Notes: generated from the letters alone by a model not told the origin. 64,000 bases of DNA from Rhizophagus irregularis (GCF_026210795.1 NC_089429.1:2852001-2916000), one strand, 5' to 3'; counted from the first letter of the stretch, positions 48,786 through 62,949 are shown. Numbers and translations: made by a program.

Positions 48786-49813
48786 AATCATAATAAAGAA
48801 TATTTTTTACAATTACTAGAAAGAGATTATTGATTTAGAATACGTGTGACTAAGGATTTTTCCATGATTTATAAAAATTATTTTAGGCGGCTAAGTTAAA
48901 AAACAGTTAAAGTAATCGTGAAAGGTTACTCAATGTGGATAGGATAATTATGTGGTGCACAATTATCCTGAAAATAATTATGATGATTTTATTTAGATAC
49001 CTGATTTTTATTTTTAAACTGTATTGTTATGACTTGATATTATCCGGCCAATCAGATCATTTATTACCAAAAGTTAATAAAGAAATCGGGATTAATTACC
49101 ATTATTGCATAAGTGAGTTTACCGCCGCATATTAGAATAAAGGATAGCGTCATATGAAATTGTATAAGATCAACAATCATCTTCCAGATAATTCAAAGGT
49201 TATGTTATGTTATTTATTTTGACTAGTTTAGTCAACTGATGTTCTACTTAATATATTCTACTTAATAATAATTGACAAATTTAATTCAGTTCGTGAATCG
49301 TGACATTGGGCACAAGATAGATCGCCGTCCAGTTATTGGGTGATGATCTTGAAAGAATATAAATTGAAAGTTCATTGACATTATGAATACTAAATCTTTG
49401 GTTTTTGACACGTTGATGTGTACTTGTGAATGGGGATATACAGTAAATAAAAGAGTGTTATTATATATTCCAAATTACATTCAAAAATAACTTGAAATAA
49501 TTCAAATTCGATGGGGCAAATAAACACAAAACTTTCTTTAGATTCTTTATTTACAAGTATTAAAGGTGCCAAAAATACATAATTTAATAACTTCACCTAC
49601 AAAAAAGTGTGAATGACTTTATATATAGGCTTTAGAATCGAAAAATAAAAAGACATTAAAATTTTCCCGTAATAGAAAACGATGAACATACGTAAATGAA
49701 AATCTTTCCATTTTTAACAATAAATCACAAGTACCTGTCAAGTATAAATCTTTTTCCCTTTCCACATTTTTATCTTTTCTTTTTTTTTTCTTTTTAAAAA
49801 AAAAAGAAAGAAA

Positions 49814-50482
49814 ATGTCAACCTTATCTAATAATCATTATAATCAATGTATTGAATGTAAAAAAAAAATAATCAAATTGAAGAATATGATAAGATCATTT
49901 CAAATTTAAGAGCAAAAGTTATTAGTGCACAAGATGAATTATTACTCGCTCAAAAAGAAATTATTGAATATCAAAGATTACTAAATCTTAAAAGAATCAA
50001 CTATATTAACTCTGTTTCTAATCTTAATGGTAATAATTCGGATCAATGCCATATTTCAAGTGAACAAAGGGACTTAGGTATCAGAAAAATAAAAATTAGT
50101 TCACATTTTTTTACATGAACTTTTTCGTTAAAAAATTAAATTTTCTTTTATGTAATCAATAGTTAATAAGGATCGATTCAAACTCTTTTTTGGAAATATC
50201 ATACCGCCAATTACAAGGAACGTTCTTATTGATCATATTGAAACTGCTTTTGGACGTGTTATAGAATATCATAAAGACCCAGTTTCGGTTAGTAATAAAA
50301 TATCTATTTATTTAATTATATTAAAATATCTTTACTAATTCTTTGTTAATTATATTAAGCCATTTGCTTTTATTAATTTTGCTGACGCAAGTGGATATAA
50401 TGCTGCACTTAATCAAGGAAGCATCCGGATAAAGGGAGTGAATGTTCGTATTGAAGTGCTTCGTTCAAGAAAGTTTAACTAG
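49814..50482 (+). CDS. Small coiled-coil + RRM protein, 3 exons, apparent frameshift in an A10 run
   Basis: Manual splice gives KLFFGNIIPPITRNVLIDHIETAFGRV...PFAFINFADASGYNAALNQGSIRIKGVNVRIE (RNP2/RNP1-like); not in the ORF track. Confidence 0.65.
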
Positions 50483-51728
50483 TCTAATTAGTATTATATT
50501 ATATATGTAATTTCGAGAATTATTTGTAAATAAAGAAAAAAAATAATAACATTTGTGAGTCCTTCACAAGAATCTAATCAGTTGATGTGAATACATAATT
50601 ACATATGCAGCATTATGTAATTATGGGTCTATGATCGATAAGTTGAACAGTTACTTTAAATTATAAACTTTTCGCAACATTAGTGTTGTATGAAATTCCC
50701 TTATATGGAATGTAGAAAGCAAACCTTGTTCTTTAGTCTTTGTCGGACAAAATTCAGAATAGAAGTTTCACAAACTTTATGTCGGGAAAACGTCCGTTGG
50801 GCATCATCACAGATCCTATTGATTATATTTAGAGATCGGCATTTTATAGTTTGTACGATACTATTTATTTTTCATTCAGTAATTAAATTAAAAAGAGAAA
50901 TGATCAAATGGTTACCTTAAAGGCCTTATTTTTATTTGTAAACTTTTTGTAAACTTGTAGTTGACCAATTCATTTACGCGATTTTTAATTTTAATTTTTG
51001 TTTTTTTTTTTCATAAACAAAAAAACAAATCGTTATAACCATTAAAACTTTTCGTCGGATATTTTAAAAATTCAAATTAATTTTACGATTTGCTAACAAT
51101 TACATCTTGGCAACTTGGCAAAATTTCTTGGCCATATAGTTTCGATGGCATCTATAATTAACTTTGTTTACGTTTAAATTCGAAAAAAAAGGGTGAAATT
51201 CCTGCTTAAATCCATATACGTCAAATCATAATTATACGCTAACCATAAATATTCATCATTTTTCTTGGCATCCCTCGTTTTAGATTTTTCATTAATTCTC
51301 TTCGTTAATCTGATATAAATATAAACGGAAGATCAATTTATATATAATTATTTATACAAATTCTATTTGTGGATGAGAATAATAGCCCCGATTGTATTGA
51401 TTATCAAATTCATAGGTGAAAATATTTTTTCCTCTAAAGTAAAAAAAAATTTTTGTTACCTTATTTGATGTTTTTTAAATTAACATGATGTTTATCTGAG
51501 ATCTTTACTAATTATTTTCCACAAAACGCGCATTATCATTCTATAATGATTTATTTAACTTTATTTGGTAATTTAAAGGCGCAATATAAAGAATTTCTTT
51601 ATTAATAAATTGTATGTCATCGCTCATCTTTAAAAAAGATATAAAAGGCCTCAAAAGTTTCTCAAAACTGTCAATACAATTTCCTTGTTTTTTAACATAA
51701 TCTCAAGAATATTATTTCTTTTTTAAAA

Positions 51729-53154
51729 ATGTTATCTCTTCTTTACATTTTCGCTCTCGTGTTATCATTTTTGGCTTTTGTTAATGCCCAGTTACCAGGA
51801 AATTGGCCACCAGTTGATAAACCTCCACCAGTTAATGGTGAATGGACTAAATTAGTCGATATGTCACAAGTTCCGAAAGCTCCTATATCAAAAGTTGCAG
51901 GAGATTGTGGAGCAACTGATAATTTTTGTAACTGGAGTTGTACTACATGTGTTCGTACTAATACAACTGATATTATCCAATGTCCAGGAAAAACTGGTTA
52001 ATATTTTTTTTTTTTTTTTTTGATAAATTATTGTTTCAATTAATTTTTATTAAAAAAAAATGTACTTTTTTTATATTTAAAATTAGATTGGGGTCTCTCT
52101 TTCGATGATGGTCCAACGTAAGTTTTTATTTGAATTAAAAAAAAAATGATGTACTGAGTTTTTTATTTTGCTAAAAAAAAAAATTAAAATTTTTTTTAAA
52201 TTTTTTTTTTATTATTCTAGAGAATTTACGCCTCCTTTATTAGATTATTTGAATTCACAAAATGTCAAACTGACATTTTTTGTTATCGGTTCTCGCGTAA
52301 TTGAAAATCCCGATACCTTGAAAAATGAATTCGCAGCCGGTAAGTCATATATATATATACATTATATACATATATGCTTCTTTATATTATATTTATTTAT
52401 AAAAATTCAACTTCAACAACTAGGTCATCAAATCGGAGTACATACTTGGTCTCACACTGCTCTTACAACTCAATCTAATGAGGAAATTATCGCGGAAATC
52501 AAATGGACAGAATTGGCAATTAAAACAGCTATTGGTGTTACACCAAAATATATGAGACCTCCTTATGGAGATGTTGACGATCGTGTAAGATCAATTTTAT
52601 CTCAACTTGGTTATAAAATTGTCATTTGGGATAAAGATACAAATGACTGGATGTCTGGAGAAGACAAGAATTTTCAAGTTTCTTGGGTTGAAGGAAATTT
52701 TACTGAATGGGTTAAGGAAGATGATCCTACAGGACATATATCATTGGAACATGATTTATATAAACCATCTGCTGAACAAGGTCCATTAGTTGTACCAATT
52801 GTACAAGGTGCTGGATTTACCATTAAACCAGTAGCTCAATGTGTAGGCGACACACAACCTTACCTTGAAAGTACAAATACTGGTACTACTGATACTACAA
52901 CCGGTTCTACGACTAATACTACAACCGGTTCTACGACTGATACTACAACCGGTTCTACGACTGATACTACAGCAGGTTCTACGACTGATACAAATTCTGT
53001 TGTCGCCGATGGAACTCAAAACCTTGAACCTTCATCCGTTGTTGCCACGAGCCCTACAGCCACTACAACATCGAGTGCTATTTCTCATATAAATAACAAT
53101 AATTATTTATTATCTTTCGTACTTTTTATTTTGGGTTATTTCATGGTTATTTAA
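51729..53154 (+). CDS. Secreted, probably GPI-anchored chitin deacetylase (CE4/NodB), 4 exons
   Basis: Signal peptide; all five CE4 motifs SFDDGP, HTWSH, RPPYG, DTNDW, LEHD; Ser/Thr stalk; hydrophobic C-terminus. Confidence 0.92.
52880..52995 (+). repeat. 24-bp coding minisatellite (TTDTTTGS) in the deacetylase stalk
   Basis: ACTGATACTACAACCGGTTCTACG repeated ~4-5 times. Confidence 0.9.
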
Positions 53155-54092
53155 AATATAAACTTTTATTTACTTTTTTATATTAAATAGAACTTAGATA
53201 TAAAAAAATTTTATTCATTAGCATTTACGATCTTTATCGCATCTAATTTGTCACATTTACATTTAATTTTATTGTAATATTGATATGAAGACTTAAAGAA
53301 TTCTTTTTTTTTTAGTGTATGCATTTGATTATTTAATTAAAATCAATAAATTTACTTTCGATTTCTGCATTCTCATTGGTCGGAATTAGCATATATAATG
53401 ATGCCATCTGTTATGTACATAACTTTATAAAAATTCGTTTCTATAAAATAAAAATGTGCACAAATTATTACTAAAATTAGATAAATTACATATAAAGAGG
53501 GCAATTTTACTTGAGGATTTGTTATGATTTTCTTTTAAACACTGACGCAAGTGATTTAATATAGGGGGTAACTACTCTATTACGTAATACGAATCGGTTT
53601 GAAATTTGAAACCTGCTGACGTAATGAGGACCAACAACGAAATATAAATGGCAGTATCGACACGGGAAGCAGAGAGTAGAGTTTTTCAGTTTTTCATCAA
53701 TCAAGGAGAATGTCCAAGCTAGCAAAAGGAGAACATGAATGTTTGACGAATTAAAAGTGGTTAACAACTCTCCATCTTTAATCTCTTGAGGCTTGGTAAA
53801 CAGGGTTTGTTTTATGGTATATTTGTTTAAAGAATAAAAATTTTTTACGCGTACAATTATTATTATAACATTAAATTTTAAATACATCCGATAATCTACG
53901 AATTTTAAGTTTTACTGATTCAGGAAATGACAGAGATCCAACTTTCTAATAATGTTAAATTATCACAATTTCAACATTCTTTGAATTTTTTGATGTTCAA
54001 TTCTCATTGGTTGATAAGGTCAATTGATTTATCACGGATTAGATCAATATCAATTCTTTTTTCGAGAGAAAAAAAAATTGAGTTGATTAAAA

Positions 54093-55030
54093 ATGATTCC
54101 AAAAATTCAAGAGCGTACACTTCGAAGTTCTCGTATTAACCCTTACGGATTATTGTCTTCTGAAATTAAAATTAAAACGGAACCAGCAGAAGTAAACGAA
54201 GCAAGCCTTACAGAAAATGTGAAAAAACCTTTACCTGATTATCTAGAACCGGATTTAGATGGTAGAAAAATATGAACGCTTAGAGTATTTTTAATCCGTA
54301 CTTTTATATAACATATATAATATTTGTTTTTTTTTTGTCATAAAGTGGTGTTTGTAGGTTTAATTTCTGGAAACAACGCTTCAGTAAAACATCATTATTA
54401 CTCTCATCCTAGTAATATTTTCTATTTGGCCCTTCACCAATCAGGTAAAATTATATTGTTGTTTTTTTATAATCTTTAAATGTAGATAAAATAATTTTTT
54501 TTTTTGTAGGTTTTACACCAGTTCAAATTTCTCCGGAAGAGGATTACACTCTTCCGGAGAGGTTTAAGATCGGTTTATGCAACCTAATACGAAGTACAGA
54601 GAACCATTCATCTGTTAGTATATATTATTTGTTCAATTTTTTTTAGGATTTTATTTATCGATCTTCATCTTTATTCTAGTGCATATCTCGTGAAATGATG
54701 GATAAAGGGTTGATTGAATTATGGGAGAAGATGGCCAAGATTAAACCAAAGTTTATCTGTTTGAATGGTAAAATTATGTACAACCAACTAGTTAAATCAT
54801 ATAATAGTAAAGATGATTATGGTCTAATTGATTATAAAATTCCCAATAATCAATTATTAAATACAAAATTATTTTACGTAACATCAACAGCTGGCACAGC
54901 AACCAACTTAAAAAAAGAGGAAAAAATTAATCAATTTAAGGAATTAAAAAAATTAGTGGGACAAGAAAAGATTGGCATTGATAAAATGGTGGATAAAGAA
55001 TTTGTTAAAATCAAAGCAGAAAAATGTTAG
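54093..55030 (+). CDS. TDG/MUG-family (UDG family 2) DNA glycosylase-like protein, 4 exons, divergent active site
   Basis: LPDYLEPDLD|VVFVGLISG...HYYSHPSNIFYLALHQS|GFT...EDYTLPE.FKIGLCNL...KPKFICLNGK. Confidence 0.82.
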
Positions 55031-56399
55031 AATAGTTAAGAGAAAAATTATGAATTGTTTTAAAATGAGTTTAAAATAAAATAGGATTATACATTTTTCA
55101 ATGAATTCAGATAAATGTTAAATATTTTAAAGACCTTTACATCTTATAAAATTTCTCTAAATAATTACACCTTTGAAAAAATCAACTTATATAAGGATTA
55201 TAAAAAACCTCTATATAATCACTTTCAAATTTAAAGAAGTTTTACTGTAAATGCAAAAATTAATGATAAAGGATAGTGAGAATCATTTGCTAAATAATAA
55301 TATAATTTTATGTATAATAAAACATATTAGAAAGTTTGATGTAAACTAAAAATTCAATTAAATATATTGATTTTTAAATTTAATTTATTAATATAATTAA
55401 AAATTAATATTACTTTAGTAAAGTAATTAAATTAAGCTTTAAAAATTTTATAAAAAATTACTATTGTAAATATTATAAAAACTGTAGCTAATTTATTTCC
55501 TTATGTGAAATCACCTAAGTGATTTCACACATATATAAATTTATTAAAATCAGATGATTTCATCCATAATAAATCACAAAAAAAAAATAATAAATTTAAA
55601 TACATTTATTAAAAATGGAAAAATCTATAATTCCATTACATCAAATTACAGTTTATATGATTTTTACAGACTTCTGAAAGTCAAAAATAATTGAAATTGG
55701 AATAAACAAAAAATAAAATTAAATAAAATTAAAATGAAATTAAATGAAGTCAAAAATAAAATATACAAGGTTAGAATAAATCAAAACTAAAGATAAAATA
55801 AATAAGATAAATAAATAGTTAAAATTAAAGTAAACCCAAAATTAATTATAAAGAAAAATGAAATCATAAAGTCAAAATATAAAAAAAAAATCTCAACTAA
55901 AAGAAAAGAAGTTCAAAAAGAAATCTAAAAAAAAATCCAAAAAAAAATTAAAAAAACCCAAATACAAAAAAAAATTCCAAAAAAATCTCCAAAAAAATTA
56001 AAAGAAAAAATCCAAAAAAGAAATTTAAAGAAAAAGTCCAAAAAAAATCTAGCCAAAATAAAAAAAACTAGTTATATATGATTTTATAATATAATTATAT
56101 TATAAAGTCATATATGACTTTTAAAATTGGGATATGAAAATAACTTTGATAATTTCATAATATAATAGTAACTTCATAATCTACTGATATCTTAATATAA
56201 TGGTCTTCATAATCTGCTAGTATCTTTATAATATAATAGTTGCCAGTATTTTTATAATATAATGGTAACTTCATAGCCTATCAGTAACTTTATAATATAA
56301 TGGTAATATCATAACCTAATTATATAATTTAATAGTAATTTTATAACTTAATATCATAATCTGATTGTAATTTCATGATATACTTAGTTTATTCTTTAA

Positions 56400-56558
56400 G
56401 TTATACTTCTCCGCTAATTAATTACGTCATATTTCGGCGAACGGACCAATTCACTATTTATTATAAAATTACTATGAATTAATTACGTCTGTCAAAATAC
56501 ATTACGTCTGTCAAAATAAATTTAATTAGTATTTTGTCATTTTGACGAAAAGTATACT
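56400..56558. mobile_element. Short MITE with TTAA TSD (Kolobok- or piggyBac-like)
   Basis: TTAA|GTTATACTTCTCCGCTAA ... TTGACGAAAAGTATACT|TTAA. Confidence 0.6.
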
Positions 56559-57813
56559 TTAAGTAACTTCTTTATATTTATAGTATTATTTTAATCTTTT
56601 TCTGTATAATATGGTGGTGATTTCATAGTCTAATAATGACTGGTAGTGCTTTAATTAATGGTGATATTATGATCTAATAGTAATTGCTTTTTTCTTATTT
56701 TTAATCTGTTTATATGATAAATTTTATATTGCTGATATTGGCTTTCCAGTCTTTTTTGAATACCTGGTTCTATAATGAGGATGCTAATCCTTTTATACTG
56801 ATTTGATTACCAGTTCTATATTGAGAATGTGCACCTATTTAGTTGCATTCAAAATGCTGAAATAGTATAAAAAAAGATAACAGATGGCTGATGTAAATCT
56901 GTGATTAATTTTGGCTGGCACTATAACATAATTTCTGGCTGATCTTTAAACAAGGATCCAAGTTAGTACCATAGTGACAATCTGGCCGTACCTTAGAGCT
57001 GGTATGGAACTGATATAAAACTGAATATTTTATTAGTTTGTCAGTTTTATTTCACTTTTATACTAACTTGAATGCTAAAATATTATATTTAATGTAAACC
57101 TAAAATTAGAGAATAGTACTGGCCTAAATTAAACAAATTTTTACTATATCATAATTTTCACTAACCTGTGAGTTAAAGAATTCAAAATGCAAAAATCTCA
57201 TTATTGGTTAAAGAATTGGTGATATAGTTTACATTACTATGATCAGCTTATTTGATTGCTAAAAGTGCACTATTTTGTAATACTATTATATCAATATAAA
57301 AGATGCCACTTTCAATTTACGTTAGATTGAAAGTGCAATTTGTATTACTACGGCTAATCCATTTAGTTACTAAAAAGTGTTCCATCTTACAACTATATAT
57401 TGCATATTTGTTAATTTTTACCAATATATATATGCCAATTTCACATTCTAAAATTCAAAATATTAGAAAATGCTCAGTATATTTCCAGTTATATTAAGAT
57501 GTAAAATTAGGACAGATTTTTTGTCTCTAGTATCCTATCACTATGAAAATTTTTTGATAACACTCTTAATAATGCTCTTATTAGTGACACCCTCATATGC
57601 TTATTTTGAAATTTTAGAATGCTCAAGTATCTTCCTTTATATTTGTCACTAAGTCATTAAAAATCACTAAGAAAAAGTAAAGTTCTGAAAAAAAATGAAA
57701 AATTTTCCTATAATGTATCTATTAGTATATATACTTGATATACAGTATAGTATTTATAAAAAGTGCTAAATTTTACATTATGGCTACATCTCAGAATTCA
57801 GGTATTACAACTA

Positions 57814-58273
57814 CCCCAGTGGTATTGACAAAAATTTTGCATGTAAACAATTTTGTTGATTATACCTAAAATGGATAAATTAATTTTAACGAAAAAATAA
57901 AAAATAAGAATAAAACAATAAAATGCCATATATTTTTTAAACTTACATGGTATATATATTTTTGAATGCTCTACAAATTTACCTAGATAAGAAAATTATG
58001 TTTTAGATATAAATTTTGACTTATTATATGATAATTGATAATTCGTAAATAATTAATTTTACAAAAATCTGTATTTAAAACCTGCCTTTATTGCCTAAGT
58101 AAACTTGCAAAGCAAGCAAATTTAGATATAGTGTATAAATTTTAAAATTAGAAAATTTCTGTAGTAAGTTTTATTCAAAAAAAAATATATTTTTTTCGTT
58201 AAATCTGTTTACCATTTTTGGGAATGATCGACAAAATTGGTCACGTGATCGCTAAATTTTGTCGGCAGTTAGG
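57814..58273. mobile_element. Degenerate MITE with ~80-bp imperfect inverted ends, TA flanks
   Basis: GACAAAAATTT..CAATTTTGTTGATTAT..AAAATGG..TTTAACGAAAAAA mirrored at 58190-58273. Confidence 0.55.
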
Positions 58274-58560
58274 TATCACAGAAATACTGCGCCACAAACT
58301 TAATTTTGTCTAGTATTCTTCTTAACCTGAGATGCAACATATTTGATATAATCATCGCTCAAATTTGAGATAGATGTCGCTGAAGTGAATTAAAAAATGC
58401 TTTATGTCACATAGAGTCAGACACGAAATATGAACAACTTGGATCGGGGCTATAAAATTCTATGCAAATGATACAACAAACGCACTTTAAATCGAAAATC
58501 ACATTTGGCATACACACGTAAAAGATAAGGGCAATTGTTTTTTTTTATTAAATGCTACAT

Positions 58561-58749
58561 CCCTATAAAAAATTTTTATCCGAATATTTCCATTATTTCT
58601 CCGTGTCTTCCGTAAAAATTCCGTGAAAATGATACATCCGTGTTAGCGAGATGAAAATTTCCATAATTTAAGGCTATAAATTCCATTAAAATGATACATT
58701 CACGGAAAAAATATGGAAAGATAAAACACGGATCAGATTTTTTACAGGG
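58561..58749. mobile_element. CCC-ended CMC-like MITE, 3-bp TSD CAT
   Basis: CCCTATAAAAAATTTTTATCCG / CGGATCAGATTTTTTACAGGG, with CAT on both flanks. Confidence 0.75.
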
Positions 58750-58829
58750 CATTATTTACAATATTACGGCTAATAAGAAATAAGATGATAATCGCAAATA
58801 AAAATGCGTAACGTGATGATTTCCCTTAT

Positions 58830-61135
58830 CCAATCCAATCATTTCTTTTTTGGTGTATTTTGATTATCCGGAAGAATTTTTTTAGGCTTGCTAGTTTGGT
58901 TGTTATTACGATTGCTTCTTTTACGTATGGATACATTTTTCAAATGTTTACTAGAATCTTTTTAATTGTCCTGTAATAATTCCATGGTTCGGACGACTTG
59001 TTTCTGTAAGGTAACTTAGATTCAGCCAACAAACCAACCTAATAGATAAAATAAAATAGAGTAAATATTATCTTGCTTTTCCAAACTGCAGTTATTAGTT
59101 CTGACGCCTTGTTGAAAGATTCGATATCTTCCGGTATACTATACAGGTCACTCTTAAAAAGACGCTGTATATATCCGGCAGGAAGATCCAGAGTCACGAT
59201 CATCCTGCAAAATATATGTAATTAGAAATTATCCGGCATAATTGGAAGAAAAATGATAATAACATACCTCCATGAATATATCCTACCGTTTCCATATCGC
59301 TCATTTTTTCCAAGTCCCAATCCACACTCTTGCACAAACTAATGACATATCTCTCAACATTTTAGGTAGCTTTAAACCGGATTCATTAAGCCACTTTGTG
59401 GCATTTTGACCTTTATAATGACTGCCAACTTCCGAACCTCCAAATTCATGTCGTATTCCGCCTGAACATTTTCGTATTATCGCGTCTCCTCTTCTCCCCA
59501 TTTTTTTTCGAGATGATTACGGTTTTTTCGATTTGAACTAGCTAGGCTTGATGATTCAAGACTAAAAATTTTAAGCATTAACTCAATATACTTACTGTTC
59601 ACTCGTAAAACCTGAAACGTTCTCGTAAATAACATCCTCTACGAAACGCCCCGTACATGAGAGCTTCCACTTCAAATCATCCTCCATTTTGTCGTATTTC
59701 TCTTTGAACGATTTTTTTAAGGGCGTTATTGACCGTAGCACATGGTAGTTGATCTATTTCTGTCAAATCTTGTTCGGTCATCTCGTCGGTCATCTCCACA
59801 TTTCCTTCACCTGTGATCTTGACCTGTTTACGCCACAAGAAACAGGGAATTTTTGACGGTCGAGCTACTGGACATGGTGTAGACTCACGTGAAGTGGAAA
59901 AATCTTCTGAGATATCAAATGACGTCGGGTTTGTTGGGGTGTACTTGGAGTAATTTCGCACAAAGTAGTATCTTCTGAGGTAGGTATTTGATGTCATGGT
60001 TGGTTGAGCCGGACTTGGTGTATTTTCATCCTCTGAAGTTTTTATGATAATATCACCTTTGTCCATACCATCACGGTTCGCTTTTTCACGTAATCGCTTT
60101 GATCTAGGTTCCTTTTTCTTGATAAATTCAATAGTATTAGAATCAGAATATGCGAAACAGTGAAAAATAAATTATTTACTCTCGGTTTCTCCGTATAGTC
60201 TTGATCCGATGAATGGTCTTCTTCCTCTGAACTTTCAGTATAACATATTGATTTTCTTTTTCTAGCCGGTTTCTTTCATGCAGAAAAAGTCATGAGACAG
60301 ATCAATGTAATTATCTTTAAGCATTAATTGGACTCACCTTTCTTGTGGGTTCTATAGAATGCAAATTAGACCTATTTGTCTTATGCGTTCCTTGACTTTC
60401 CAAAACTCTCCCATTTGCTACTGTTTTTTGACTGGTAGTGGCATGTAAGTTCGACACATATTCTGTTCGTGATCTGTTCTGGATCATATGTACATCGTTT
60501 CCCGTTTTGAAATTATTAGCAGCAAATTGTGCCTATAAACCATATAAATTTCATATACTCAATATTTTGTCATTTTTCTTATCATGTTACAATATCACAT
60601 ACCGTAGCCAGTTTCATCTCCTATTTCCTTTTGCTTTATAGTCGCATTTACCTCCATTTCCTTTCTTTTTAGATCAATATTTCGCCAGAAGATTTTAACT
60701 TCCTCCGTTTGTGCTTGGTGCTAACAAGAATGTAAATAGTTGGTTAAAATGTGTAACTCGAAATAAAATATATTCCGGGACCTAAGTATGGAATCCACCG
60801 GAGAACGAAACCCCGTAACTAGCCTGACGTGATAGCCAAGCCGCTTAGGTGGTTGCATCGACATGAAAGCCCGACTTCTCTCGTTAATACAATACTAAGG
60901 AAAATATTTACCTTTAATGTTTCACTGAGAGTAGTAGCGGCCTTTATCCATTTTTCGTCCTCTGAGATTTTTGCAACATATGAGGCAAACGTGGATATCG
61001 CAGTATGCTCGATCGACTTTTCGAAATAGAAGTCCTTTTTACTCCGACGGAAGTTAGAACTGAAAGGAGGTTGAAGTTGTCGGGGCTCAAGCCAGTCTCC
61101 CAGCCTTTAAATTCTCGCTGTGTCATAAACTCCAT
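58830..61135 (-). pseudogene. Multi-exon, relatively GC-rich gene remnant with a C-terminal restriction-endonuclease-like (PD-(D/E)XK) motif
   Basis: GRRGDAII...EFGGSEV...LKLPKMLRDM in 59301-59501; other exons at 59677-60066 and 60944-61135; frameshifts and stops. Confidence 0.5.
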
Positions 61136-61350
61136 AAATGAATTTTATCTCACAATATAGAGTATAACGAAAAAATCTGCTTTAGAACTATTATGTCAGG
61201 TCTCACAAATTAGATGATACATGTGATACGTGAGATACTGAGAATCTGAGATTTGACAGTGGTGATTTTATTCTATGAATTTGAATTTATTGCTTGAAGT
61301 GTTGCAGTTAAGACAATATTCTGTTCCATTTCTATACCATTCACCAAGTA

Positions 61351-61704
61351 CAGTCGAACCTCTATGTACCGATACTGTTGTTTTGGAAAAAATATATCGG
61401 TATATCAAATTATCCGAATCTTGCCACATTATGCAAACTTCGGATAGCTAATATATTAAAATGTCATGTGATTTGGATGGAACCTTTATGTTAACTCCGG
61501 CCAAATTTATAGTGTTGACCAGAATTAATACCAGTGTAACCTAAAGTATCAGTACATTTGGGAGCAAAGAAAAGTATTGATACTTAAACTATATATAATA
61601 TCAGTACAATGAGGTTTTTTTATTAATTATGAAACGGGACATAGAAATTTATTGGTACAGGCAATTATTGGTACATAGTATATCAGTACATAGAGGTCTG
61701 ACTG
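61351..61704 (-). mobile_element. MITE related to the 17032-19632 pogo element, opposite orientation
   Basis: TA|CAGTCGAACCTCTATGTACCGAT ... ATCAGTACATAGAGGTCTGACTG|TA; both subterminal regions match the ends of the full element. Confidence 0.88.
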
Positions 61705-62949
61705 TAATCCATTATTCTTATATTTTCTACCACAAATAGGGTATGGTGCAAATTATAATTATCAATCCCTCTAAAGCTATTTCAGAATTTCAAGTATAAT
61801 AAATGCTTTAAGCCTCTAATATGGATTTGATAATTAACTTTGAATCAGATTTGGCTTTGAAAGTAATAGACTTGAAATCAAAAACTTAAAAGTTTTTCTA
61901 ATATACTTATTATGATTGCTATGGTTCATTTTCAGTTTTTTTTTATATCTTTTGTACAAATCTTATCTGTTAAGACATTTGTAACTCACTTAATTTAGCA
62001 TGTTAATCCAGATATTCAGGAGTTATTATTTTATTGAACTTGGTTATATTGCTGTTTTATATAATTGCAAATCAATTTAAATCCTTTTTTTTTCTTATCA
62101 ATTTCTTATTATACTTTTAAAAAAATAGTTAGATCATCTCTCATGCTCATAAAGCAGAAAAAACTACTATGCAGTTATCTTAATTTCATATTATTTACAT
62201 TTAATAAAGTAAGACTTAGCTTTATACCTATCTTCTATTTTTTTGTTATTATAACCTAATTTGCATAATGGATAGATGGTTTCTCTCAAGATCTCACATG
62301 ATGTTTCATTAGTAATTCTATAATAATCAAAATTTTTACTACTACATTTTCTATATAAATTAGAATATTAATTCAATATCTTGTTGCAAAAATAGAAATA
62401 ATCATAAGTTGTAACTTAAATTGGGATGTAGATGATACATTTACTAGAAACATATCTGATAAAATTATTTCTAATTTGTTTAAATTTTATATATTTGTAT
62501 AATAAAATTATATATGTCTGTATAATAAACTATATTAAAAATAATATATACTAATAAAATTTATGAAATCATAAATTTTACCTTATAATTACAAGTTACA
62601 TTTTAAAATCCTATTTAATTTTATTATATATTTAATAGTTACATAAAAAAAACTTACCATGAAATTACATTTGCTTTTTTTAATTTATAAAGAATTTTAC
62701 CTTATAAATTCTTGCTTAATTATTCTATATAATTTTTACTTTAGGCTTATGAGTAATCTCTATTAGAAGTAAGTAGTGTAATATAACACAAATGCAATAA
62801 AAAATAAAACCCTTTTTATTTTATAAATTTTTTTAATAATTTACTATATTTTATATGTTTTTATTTGTATTGTATTACTCATCATATTTATTAGTTTATT
62901 TTATACATATTTTTTAATGTTATATATATCTTTTTTTTTCATTAGTATT

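Noticed and set aside
52607..53092. Overlapping short ORFs with repeated peptides
   Set aside because: Alternate frames of the deacetylase exon and its 24-bp repeat.
53522..53887. 121-aa minus-strand ORF
   Set aside because: No domain or protein-like composition; kept only as a non-coding candidate.
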